A stretch of DNA of 64,000 nucleotides, from NCBI GenBank assembly GCA_039030515.1, contig JBCCEA010000016.1, positions 1 to 64,000 of the forward strand, in the 5' to 3' direction. Shown here one piece after another: positions 49,888 to 58,297 of this stretch. The first letter of the stretch is position 1. Every line of letters starts with the position of its first letter. The notes below the pieces were generated by a model, which ran no database searches, had not been told where the DNA came from, and saw nothing but the letters and a program-made list of their open reading frames with translations. This DNA is from Myxococcota bacterium (GTDB taxonomy: Bacteria > Myxococcota_A > Polyangia > Polyangiales > Houyiibacteriaceae). Position numbers and translations under genes: made by a program.

Positions 49888-50628
49888 TTACGAGGCGCTG
49901 GATACGGTCTCGGTTGAAGATTCAGCAGCCTCGGGCTGCGCGTTCACCCCAGCTCGAATGACTGTGCCTTCTGGGTACACTGCTGTTCTACCCTCCTCGC
50001 GGCGCACTTTTGGCCGGATCTGTGCGAGCTTAGGCACCTCTCGAGGCGGAACGACGATGGGTTCTGAAGACCCTGCCTGAATTTTTTCCTGCAGCAGCAT
50101 GAGCGCATCGAGGACAGCTTCCGGTCGCGGAGGACAGCCTGGAATGTACACGTCTACCGGAATGATCTTGTCGACGCCGGGTATGGTGGTGTAGTTGTCG
50201 TAAAATCCCCCGCAAGCAGCGCAAGTTCCGAAAGATACGACCCACTTCGGCTCTGTCATCTGCTCGTAGATTCGCTTCAAAACCGGCCCTTGGCGTTGGC
50301 TGATCGTGCCCACAACCCAGAGTACATCCGCCTGGCGGGGGCTGAAGCGCGGTGCCTCCGCTCCGAAGCGAGCGATGTCGTTGCAGGGAGACGCGGTCTG
50401 CATGAACTCCATGCCACAGCAGGCAGTCGCGAAAGGATACTGAAATAAAGAGTATTTTCGCGCCCAAGCGATGAGCTCGTCGAACTTGGTCGTAAACGCG
50501 TTGCTCTCGCCCGATTTGAGGCGAATTGTCTGGCCCAGTCCCTCGGCGCTGACCGTGCCAACGTCATCCCCTTGCGTACCGCCATCGCCAAGGGACACAT
50601 CGCGCTTGTCTGTAGTGTTCACTGCCAT
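49888..50628 (-). CDS. nuoB: NADH-quinone oxidoreductase subunit B
   Basis: TACCGME, SPRQAD, GTCAACGG, VDVYIPGCPPRPE. Confidence 0.97.
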   Translation of the reverse strand: MAVNTTDKRDVSLGDGGTQGDDVGTVSAEGLGQTIRLKSGESNAFTTKFDELIAWARKYSLFQYPFATACCGMEFMQTASPCNDIARFGAEAPRFSPRQADVLWVVGTISQRQGPVLKRIYEQMTEPKWVVSFGTCAACGGFYDNYTTIPGVDKIIPVDVYIPGCPPRPEAVLDALMLLQEKIQAGSSEPIVVPPREVPKLAQIRPKVRREEGRTAVYPEGTVIRAGVNAQPEAAESSTETVSSAS

Positions 50629-50653
50629 CGTCGTATGCTCCAGCTCTGCGTGT

Positions 50654-51010
50654 TTACTCCCACTCGAGCGCCCCTTTCTTCCACTCGTAGACCAGGGTCA
50701 CTCCCAGTATCGCAAGAAACGCTGTCATCGCGAGAAAGCCAACCCATCCCAGGTCGCGAAAGTTACCCGCCCACGGGTAAAGAAAGACCGCTTCTACATC
50801 GAAAACCACGAATAAGATTGCTGTCATGTAGAACTTGACACTGAGACGCAGGTGGTTGGCACCGGTGGTTTCTGAGCCCGATTCGTATGGGATCATCTTC
50901 TCTTCCGTCGGCTTTTTCGGTCCGAGCAGAGAAGTCAGCGAAAACATACCCAAAGCGACGATTAGCGCGACCAGCAGGATAAGAAATACGGGCAGGTAGA
51001 CCGGAGTCAT
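50654..51010 (-). CDS. nuoA: NADH-quinone oxidoreductase subunit A
   Basis: PYESG, FYMTAILFVVFDVEAVFLYPW, YEWKKGALEW. Confidence 0.97.
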   Translation of the reverse strand: MTPVYLPVFLILLVALIVALGMFSLTSLLGPKKPTEEKMIPYESGSETTGANHLRLSVKFYMTAILFVVFDVEAVFLYPWAGNFRDLGWVGFLAMTAFLAILGVTLVYEWKKGALEWE

Positions 51011-51090
51011 AATCGGGACGCTCCCCCAACCGAGTCGGGCGTTCTGAACACCATATCAGAGGCCGATCGAAACGATCCTTGTCGCCGAGG

Positions 51091-51119
51091 TGTTTAGTAT
51101 CGCGGTGATGCGCTGTCAA
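51091..51119 (-). promoter_or_regulatory. Putative sigma70-type promoter of the nuo operon
   Basis: Minus strand TTGACA (51119-51114), 17 nt spacer, TAAACA (51096-51091). Confidence 0.5.
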
Positions 51120-51227
51120 TATTGGGAAAAGTGTCGTTGAAGGGAAAAACAGAAAAGAAGTCGGTTCACCCTTCAAGCGCGATTGGTTGCGGACGTTCTA
51201 AGCAACTACGACCGAGCGAACAATGCG

Positions 51228-51306
51228 CTCCGGACAACGGCAAACCAGTCGCGAGACTGGGACGCAAAGCCACGGGTCTCCAAGAGATAGCCGGGTTACC
51301 GAAGGA
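51228..51306 (+). ncRNA. Cyclic di-GMP-I (GEMM-I) riboswitch aptamer
   Basis: GGCAAA-CCAGTC-GCGA-GACTGG-GACGCAAAGCC-ACGGGTCTC-CAA-GAGATAGCCG-GGTTACCGAA: P2 with GNRA tetraloop, P3 with receptor, conserved GACGCAAAGC and GGTTACC; ends 6 nt before ATG 51313. Confidence 0.93.
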
Positions 51307-51312
51307 AGAAGC

Positions 51313-52293
51313 ATGAAATCAAAGCTTTACGCCCTGCTCATCGCCGGAGCATCGTTGAATTTAGGGATCGCTGCCAACCCGGCAGAGGCGTACACTGTAA
51401 AGCGTACCGAATCAGGCGACATCATCCGGTGGCATAGCGATCTCATAGTTATCAGCATCAGCGAGGAAGCCCGTGCAGAGTTCGGTACACTATTGGAACG
51501 CGCGGCAACGGAGGCCTCTTACGCCTGGGCGGGTCTGGATAACGTTCCGACGATCGAGATCCGTGATCGAGATCCCGGACCCTTGGGATATCACCCCGGC
51601 CGCTCACGAAACGGGATCTACGTCACCAGCGAGTGGCCCTTTGAAGAGACGCGTCTTGCGGTAACTATTTCGACGTACGACCAAGGCACCGGCCGGCTTC
51701 TCGATACCGACATCCTCATCAACGGAGCGCTGGCCTTTACAGACGCGGCCGCACAGAACCCGACCCAGTCCACACTCGTCGCCGACGTGCAGGGAGATCA
51801 GCCGCTCCAGGCGAATGCCCACGACTTAGAAGCGGTCTTGACCCATGAAATGGGCCACGTGCTCGGCCTCGGGGAGGACGACGCGTCACCCACCTCGACG
51901 ATGTATCCCCGAATCGCGCCAGGAGAGGTCCACCAACGGACCATTGAAGAGAGGGATATCCTCGGTGCCACCGAAGCCTACGCCACCATGGTTCCAGATG
52001 ATGCCGCCACGGGCTGCAGCGGTGCACACGTAGCCCACTCGCGTCCAGCCCCAAACTCACTTCTGTGGCTGGGCGCAGCATCGCTTTGGATCTTCGTGCG
52101 TATGCGCCGGTGGCTCCCCGTTGCCGTGGGCATCACCTTCGTGCTGTTGCCTCAGGTGATGGGCGGCGTCGAAAGTCCAGGCGGAAACCAGATTCGAAAC
52201 CCCAGCGTGGTCACCATGAGTTCTGGGCACGATCACGTAGCGCACGATCACTTTGAGGAACATCTGCAACTTCACGGCGTGAAATTGCACTAG
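51313..52293 (+). CDS. Secreted matrixin-like (M10) Zn metalloprotease with MYXO-CTERM-like segment, extra TM and His-rich tail
   Basis: Signal peptide ending AEA; LLDTDILIN; DLEAVLTHEMGHVLGLGE; Met-turn STMYP; GCS...LLWLGAASLWIFVRMRR. Confidence 0.88.
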   Translation: MKSKLYALLIAGASLNLGIAANPAEAYTVKRTESGDIIRWHSDLIVISISEEARAEFGTLLERAATEASYAWAGLDNVPTIEIRDRDPGPLGYHPGRSRNGIYVTSEWPFEETRLAVTISTYDQGTGRLLDTDILINGALAFTDAAAQNPTQSTLVADVQGDQPLQANAHDLEAVLTHEMGHVLGLGEDDASPTSTMYPRIAPGEVHQRTIEERDILGATEAYATMVPDDAATGCSGAHVAHSRPAPNSLLWLGAASLWIFVRMRRWLPVAVGITFVLLPQVMGGVESPGGNQIRNPSVVTMSSGHDHVAHDHFEEHLQLHGVKLH

Positions 52294-52438
52294 CGTGGCG
52301 CCTTCCGCACGAGATAAGTCACGCAGCGACACTGGCAAAAGACAATGCAAGCCGAATCGTAGCGCAAACTAGAGTTTTGGCCTAGGCTCCCGCGAGCTTC
52401 GGGCTTGAGTCGCCGACTCGCCGCCCAAACTTCGCCTG

Positions 52439-52455
52439 CCACAACGACGTTGTGG
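52439..52455. promoter_or_regulatory. Perfect palindrome, possible operator upstream of the AGCS gene
   Basis: CCACAACG-A-CGTTGTGG, about 95 bp before ATG 52550. Confidence 0.4.
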
Positions 52456-52549
52456 TGTAGCGAATATAGTTCCGCCTAGAATTCCAGGTTAGTTGCTCCA
52501 GCCAAACCAACTGCAACCTAGCGCGCCAAAAACGAAAAAAGGAAACCCA

Positions 52550-54493
52550 ATGCGACGGTTGCTCATCAGCACCCTGCTGTGGATGGCCACCAACGGGGCG
52601 ATGGCCCAGGAGGCCGAACTCACGCCAAAAGAGTCCTCACTATTCAATTCAGTCGACGACGTGCTGGCTGATTACGTGGTGCATCCCATCGGGTCTATAT
52701 TTTTCGCAGATCTTTGGTTCTGGGACAACGGACCGAACGCGTTGCGATCTCGATGCATGGCGTCTGACCTGCCCTTGTCGGGTGGTCTATCCACTTCGGA
52801 TTGCGACCAGATGGCCGATTGGACCCGTAGTCCTCTCGATGCCTGTAAAGCCTCTGGGATTTCAGCCCAGACGTGCACGAAGGTGGTCGAAACCAAGGCG
52901 ACATCGGCGGTCGCCTACTGCGTTGCCGCAGACCGCAGTCCGACTCTCTGCGACAAACTCGGTGCTTCACTGAGCACAGCCGGCACAGAGCGCTCCGAGG
53001 GCCAAGGTTCCGAACAACTCTGCGCCGAAGTGTTTTCCCAAGCGGAATGTGCCGCAGTGTTCGAAGCAGAAAGCGACGCCGCCGCCTTTTGTTTGGGCTC
53101 CGGCGCAGCTGCAGAGACCTGCCGGGACGTTTCTACTGGGGTTTCGTTACCGCTCATCGTCGCATGGCTCGTGCTCGGAGCGGTGTTCTTCACCTTTCGC
53201 TTCCAGTTCATCAGCATTCGAGGCTTCGCTCATGCGATCGCGATCACTCGAGGCGCCTACCACGACCCCGACGAGGAAGGCGAAGTCAGTCACTTTCAAG
53301 CCCTGAGCTCCGCTCTTTCCGCCACCGTGGGTCTCGGCAACATCGCAGGCGTCGCGGTCGCTGTCGGAGCTGGTGGACCCGGTGCGGTCTTTTGGATGGT
53401 CGTAGCCGGGTTTTTCGGCATGAGCAGTAAATTTGCTGAATGTACTCTGGGTCAGATGTATCGGAGGGTGGACGCCAAGGGAACGATTTCTGGCGGGCCG
53501 ATGCGCTACTTAGAGAACGGGCTCGCCGATTTAGGCCTCCCTCGCCTTGGACGTGCACTTGCGATCCTATTTTCCGTGATGTGCGTGGGCGCCAGTTTCG
53601 GTGGCGGAAATATGTTTCAGGCGAACCAGAGCTGGGCACAACTGGCAAAGGTTACGGGCTGGGAGGACAGCTCGATGGCACCTTTGATATTCGGCTTGGT
53701 GCTTGCGACCTTGGTAGGCACCGTGATCATCGGAGGTATCAAGAGGATCGGGCAGGTCGCGGGCATCGTGGTACCGGCCATGTGCGTCCTCTACTTGCTG
53801 GCAGGCTTCTTCATCTTGATCACCCACAGCAGCGAAGTTCCCGCCGCATTCGGTAAGATCATCGGCGAAGCGTTCACTCCACAAGCCGGCTTTGGAGGCA
53901 TGCTCGGCGTTTTGGTTCAGGGGTTTCGACGCGCCGCGTTTTCTAACGAGGCAGGTGTCGGCTCTGCATCGATCGCGCATTCTGCGGCCGCAACCAGCGA
54001 ACCCGTCCGCGAAGGCATCGTGGCCCTGCTCGAGCCCTTTATCGATACGATCATCGTATGCACGACTACCGGACTCGTGATCGTCATCACCGGCGCCTAT
54101 CTTGAGCCAAGCGATGGGGTGGTGATGACCTCCAACGCGTTCGGATCCGTCATCGATTGGTTCCCTTACGTATTGACCTTTGCTGTACTTATGTTCGCCT
54201 TCTCCACCATGATCTCTTGGAGCTACTATGGTGAACGCTGTTGGGCCTACCTGTTCGGAATGAGTGGCTCCCTTGTGTACAAGGGTCTCTTTCTGGTCTG
54301 CGTTGTACTCGGGTCGATATTGGAACTCGGCAGCGTTGTGGATTTCTCGGACCTGATGGTTTTGGGTATGTCGTTTCCAAATATCCTGGGGGCGGTATTG
54401 CTCTCCGGGATGCTCAAAAAGAAACTCGACAGCTACTGGAGACGCTACCGAAGCGGTGAAATGAAACCGCACAGCCCCGAGAGCTCATCCTGA
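52550..54493 (+). CDS. Alanine/glycine:cation symporter (AGCS) with a Cys-rich N-terminal insertion
   Basis: SHFQALSSALSATVGLGNIAGVA, GGPGAVFWM, GGPMRYL, GNMFQAN, FSNEAGVGSASIAH, EPFIDT, ISWSYYGE; AAGGA RBS. Confidence 0.95.
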   Translation: MRRLLISTLLWMATNGAMAQEAELTPKESSLFNSVDDVLADYVVHPIGSIFFADLWFWDNGPNALRSRCMASDLPLSGGLSTSDCDQMADWTRSPLDACKASGISAQTCTKVVETKATSAVAYCVAADRSPTLCDKLGASLSTAGTERSEGQGSEQLCAEVFSQAECAAVFEAESDAAAFCLGSGAAAETCRDVSTGVSLPLIVAWLVLGAVFFTFRFQFISIRGFAHAIAITRGAYHDPDEEGEVSHFQALSSALSATVGLGNIAGVAVAVGAGGPGAVFWMVVAGFFGMSSKFAECTLGQMYRRVDAKGTISGGPMRYLENGLADLGLPRLGRALAILFSVMCVGASFGGGNMFQANQSWAQLAKVTGWEDSSMAPLIFGLVLATLVGTVIIGGIKRIGQVAGIVVPAMCVLYLLAGFFILITHSSEVPAAFGKIIGEAFTPQAGFGGMLGVLVQGFRRAAFSNEAGVGSASIAHSAAATSEPVREGIVALLEPFIDTIIVCTTTGLVIVITGAYLEPSDGVVMTSNAFGSVIDWFPYVLTFAVLMFAFSTMISWSYYGERCWAYLFGMSGSLVYKGLFLVCVVLGSILELGSVVDFSDLMVLGMSFPNILGAVLLSGMLKKKLDSYWRRYRSGEMKPHSPESSS

Positions 54494-54577
54494 AACGCAC
54501 AAATTCGCTAGGTTCTCGGGACTTACGCTAGAGCAACCTCTACCTCCCGAGATGCGTGTCCTGTTCTGTATTCGCAC

Positions 54578-55867
54578 TCATCCAGACATTGCATACTGTA
54601 TGTCAGAACATTCCTTAGGAATGTCCGCGGTGAGGTTCTCGTTTCCGTCATCGAGTACGAGGATATCGTCCTCGATTCGAACACCAACTCCGCGAAAACG
54701 CGCATCGCTCTGCTCTGAATCACTGACGTACAAACCTGGCTCGACAGTAATCACCATACCGGGCTCGAGCGTTCGTTCCGCGCCGCTTCGATGGTACGCT
54801 CCGACGTCATGCACGTCCATCCCCAGCCAATGACTGGTTCGGTGCATATAGAATTGCTTGTAGCGCTCCGATTCGATCGCATCGTCGACCGAACCCTCTA
54901 GTAGCTTAAGATCGATGAGACCTTCGGTCAGTCGACGCACTGCAACTTCGTGAACCTCACCAAGGGTCGCTCCAGGCACCGCTGCCTCCACTGCCGCCTT
55001 CTGAGCCTCAAGAACCACCTCATAGATGGCCTTTTGAGGACCGGAAAATCGACCGGAAGCTGGAAATGTGCGGGTGACATCGCTCGCGTAATACTGGTAT
55101 TCGCAACCCGCATCTATGAGCACGAGGTCGTCCTCATCCAGCCGGCAATTGTTGCGTCTATAGTGCAAGACTGTAGCGTTGGCACCTGCACCAACGATGC
55201 AGTCGTAGGCCACCCGTTCACATCCGTTCGCGCGAAACACTTGAAGCATGGCGGCTTCTAGTTCGTACTCGTACGCACCCGGCCGGGCGATCTTCATCGC
55301 TGCAAGATGCGCAAGTCCAGTGATGCGAGCTGCTTGCCTCATCGTTTGAACTTCAGACGGATCCTTGATCAGCCTCATCTCTGCCACAATTGCCGAGAGA
55401 TCGCGCAGGTATGCCGGCGCCAAACTGCCTTGACGACCGCGACGTCTCAGACTTGAAAGAGTGCGAATCACGAGTGAATCTAGGTCCGAGTCAACGCCGA
55501 TGGGGAAGCACACTGACTCACGACCTTCACACAGCGCCGGCAACCTGCGCTCCAATTCACCGATAGGAAACGCCTTATCCACCCCGAGACGGTCGATGGC
55601 ACCGTCGACACCCAGTCGAGATCCGTCCCACTGCTCACGTAGGGGATCTCGCTCACGCAAAAACAGCGTGCTCTGACCTACGCCTGCGCTCACCTCGAGA
55701 ACCAACAAAGCTTCCGGCTCGTCAAAACCGGTCAGATAGTAGAAATCGCTACATTGCCGAAAGGGAAACTCGACGTCGTTGTTTCGAAGATGCGTTTTGG
55801 CCGACGGGACCAAGACCACCCCCGTGCCGACCAACTTGGCCAATGCTTCACGCCGCTGCTCGTACAT
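54578..55867 (-). CDS. pepP: Xaa-Pro aminopeptidase P (M24B)
   Basis: FRQCSDFYYLTGF, LIDAGCEY..YASDVTRTFP, HWLGMDVHDVG, TVEPGLY, RIEDD. Confidence 0.96.
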   Translation of the reverse strand: MYEQRREALAKLVGTGVVLVPSAKTHLRNNDVEFPFRQCSDFYYLTGFDEPEALLVLEVSAGVGQSTLFLRERDPLREQWDGSRLGVDGAIDRLGVDKAFPIGELERRLPALCEGRESVCFPIGVDSDLDSLVIRTLSSLRRRGRQGSLAPAYLRDLSAIVAEMRLIKDPSEVQTMRQAARITGLAHLAAMKIARPGAYEYELEAAMLQVFRANGCERVAYDCIVGAGANATVLHYRRNNCRLDEDDLVLIDAGCEYQYYASDVTRTFPASGRFSGPQKAIYEVVLEAQKAAVEAAVPGATLGEVHEVAVRRLTEGLIDLKLLEGSVDDAIESERYKQFYMHRTSHWLGMDVHDVGAYHRSGAERTLEPGMVITVEPGLYVSDSEQSDARFRGVGVRIEDDILVLDDGNENLTADIPKECSDIQYAMSG

Positions 55868-55966
55868 TTCGATCTTCTTGGTACGAAGAGCCTCGCCTCG
55901 TCAAGGCTTGCGAATCTCGAAGATAGACGCAGCTCACCCAAAGGCAGCTCAGGGGTCGAACAGCGC

Positions 55967-57331
55967 TCACGGATCGAACAGCTCTCCAAGCCGATGTGAA
56001 ACCCCATAGTCGTTCAGCCCTAATTCGGTCTGTACCTGTTCATGCGTGAGCGAGCTGCCCCGTTGACTCAGTGCGTAAAGCGCCTCCACCGAGCGCGGAT
56101 TGCGAAACCAGTCCTCGTTGTAGCGTTCGCGCAGGGCGCCGTGCAGAGCGAGTCCACACTGCAAATCTCTCATGCGTTCGTAGGACGCTTCGCCGCTGAG
56201 CAGGATCAGCTGGCTGAGGGCTTCTGGAACCTCTACTGCAAAAAGTCGCTGGACCAGTGCCACTACAAGACTCGAGCGCTCTCGCCCCTCGGTTGAAGCC
56301 ACCCAAAGGCGTGCCGCCTCCCATCGAAGGCGCATGCAAAACCAAAGCACAAGCCTACGCGCGATCGACTCGGCCTGATTCCTGCTCAAGGAGTATACAC
56401 GCCTTAGGAACTCCCGATCGGCAAGGAGCTGCCCCCACAAGACTCCCACGCTGCGATAAAGACCGGAATCTAAGGGAAATCGTTCGAAGACCGGCAAGGA
56501 CGGCGCGCGAAGCAGCAAACTGAATGCACTGCCAAACACCTCAAATTCCATACACTCAGCGAGCACTCCTCCGAACTGAGGCACCACCAGTCGAATGTCC
56601 CCCGGAGGACGCAAAGCGATCACCGAATAACTCGGCAGCTTCATGGCCACTCGATCTCCTCGCAGCGATGCCAGTCGCGAATTCAAACCTAGAGGGGCAA
56701 CCGCCTCGGCGAATCGTCGAAAGCGCGTGTCCGCGCGAAAAAGAGAGGCTTCGGCATCTGAGGCAAGCGCTTCGACTACATGAGACCACGACCGCCCTTT
56801 GAAATGAACATCTGAGAGCGCTCGCGCCAACTCCTCGGTCGAATCGAGGATTTCAGCGGCCTCCTGCTGCTTCGACGCGACGGAGTCATCGACTTCGAGA
56901 GCTCGATCCACAAACGGAGCCACCCAGTCTTCAGCGCACCGTTCGAGCGCCTGGGCAATTCGATGACGACGCCGATCCTCTTGCAGGCGGCCAAGCTCAG
57001 AAGCGAGCTCGTACACGGGCACAGGCCTTGAGTCCACGTCGAGATTCGAGTGCAGGAACGCCTGCAGAGGGTGCTCGCGAGTCGATGAGCGCGCTTTGAT
57101 TCGGAGAAGATGGCGTCGAAGAAGATCATGATGAGCGGAGTTCAATCTACCCGCCTCGTGCAACTCAAAACGGAGATCCGAAGCTTCACGGCTCAGCAAC
57201 CAAGGCACACCTTCCGCCAGCTCTGGACTCGGAGTGGTCTCGAACTTCATCGCCTGCATCCACCGCAAGCGACCCTCAGCTTCGAATGCAGAGGTGACTT
57301 TTTCGATAAACTTCGCTTCGGAAGACACCAT
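55967..57331 (-). CDS. Hypothetical protein, possibly a degenerate M3-like peptidase fold lacking HEXXH
   Basis: 454-aa ORF on the same strand as pepP; PPGDIRLV..GG and LRERYNEDWFRNPRS resemble M3-like proteins (from recall). Confidence 0.65.
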   Translation of the reverse strand: MVSSEAKFIEKVTSAFEAEGRLRWMQAMKFETTPSPELAEGVPWLLSREASDLRFELHEAGRLNSAHHDLLRRHLLRIKARSSTREHPLQAFLHSNLDVDSRPVPVYELASELGRLQEDRRRHRIAQALERCAEDWVAPFVDRALEVDDSVASKQQEAAEILDSTEELARALSDVHFKGRSWSHVVEALASDAEASLFRADTRFRRFAEAVAPLGLNSRLASLRGDRVAMKLPSYSVIALRPPGDIRLVVPQFGGVLAECMEFEVFGSAFSLLLRAPSLPVFERFPLDSGLYRSVGVLWGQLLADREFLRRVYSLSRNQAESIARRLVLWFCMRLRWEAARLWVASTEGRERSSLVVALVQRLFAVEVPEALSQLILLSGEASYERMRDLQCGLALHGALRERYNEDWFRNPRSVEALYALSQRGSSLTHEQVQTELGLNDYGVSHRLGELFDP

Positions 57332-57414
57332 CGCGGGCGTCTAACACAAGGGGGCCTTTGAGCAATACAGACCGCTGCCAAGCGTGCGTCCGAAGAATCT
57401 GCTAGTTCCTGCCG

Positions 57415-58284
57415 ATGACGAGCGCTTCAAACAAACTATCTAAAAACATTGCATTTATAGGCGCTGGGGCGATGGCGGAAGCGATCATCAAAGGGCTGCT
57501 CGCCTCAGGTGCGTGCAGCGCCCGAGAGCTTATCGCAGCCGACATGCGAGCGGAGCGCCTTCACGAAATTAGAGAAACCTACGGCATCGAGGTCGACGCG
57601 GACAACGCGCAGGCAGCCTCTAAAGCTGACGTCGTCGTTCTCTCGATCAAGCCACAGGCTTTTGGCAAGGCACTGCCGTCGCTGACCTCAGCCATCGACC
57701 CTAGCAAGCTATTGGTGTCGATCGCGGCGGGCATCCCGGTCCGGGTCATCGAGCATCTCTGCCCCACCGGCACTCGAGTGGTGCGCACCATGCCCAACAC
57801 TCCGGTAATCGTCGATGCCGGCTGCACGGGAATCGCAGCGGGCACCCACGCGACACCTGAGGACGTCGCACTGACGCAGCGCATCTTCGAACAGATCGGA
57901 CTGACGGTAACGCTTGATGAGGCCCTGCTCGACGCGGTTACCGGGCTGAGCGGTTCCGGTCCGGCCTACATCTTTCTCATCATCGAGGCGCTGGCGGACG
58001 CGGGAGTCAAGGTCGGTCTACACCGTCAGGCCGCACAGAAACTCGCGGCACAAACGGTACTCGGGTCGGCCCAACTGCTGATCGAAACCGGGGCGCACCC
58101 GGGTCTACTCAAGGACAAGGTCACAAGTCCGGGTGGCACAGCGATCGCAGGACTGCACACGCTAGAGGCGGGAGGTCTGCGGACGACCCTGATCGATGCC
58201 GTGGAAGCCGCAACAAGTCGAGCGCGTGAGCTGGGTGAGGAGCTATCCGCAAAGCTGACTGCAGGCTCAAATCGAACCCAGTAG
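57415..58284 (+). CDS. proC: Pyrroline-5-carboxylate reductase
   Basis: FIGAGAMA, SIAAGI, RTMPNTP, TGLSGSGPAY, VTSPGGT. Confidence 0.97.
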   Translation: MTSASNKLSKNIAFIGAGAMAEAIIKGLLASGACSARELIAADMRAERLHEIRETYGIEVDADNAQAASKADVVVLSIKPQAFGKALPSLTSAIDPSKLLVSIAAGIPVRVIEHLCPTGTRVVRTMPNTPVIVDAGCTGIAAGTHATPEDVALTQRIFEQIGLTVTLDEALLDAVTGLSGSGPAYIFLIIEALADAGVKVGLHRQAAQKLAAQTVLGSAQLLIETGAHPGLLKDKVTSPGGTAIAGLHTLEAGGLRTTLIDAVEAATSRARELGEELSAKLTAGSNRTQ

Positions 58285-58297
58285 CTCTCGGGTGGAT

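Noticed and set aside
51223..51312. First 30 codons of the matrixin ORF as given in the ORF track
   Set aside because: This is the riboswitch; the signal peptide begins at ATG 51313
52294..52549. Glycine riboswitch or sigma54 promoter upstream of the AGCS gene
   Set aside because: No GGAGA/CCGAAG/CTCTCAGG pattern; the TGGCA...TGCA at 52333-52349 has GG-N11-GC spacing
53567..54472. 301-aa ORF antisense to the AGCS gene, and other short overlapping ORFs in the track
   Set aside because: They lie within well-supported genes on the opposite strand or frame and show no motifs
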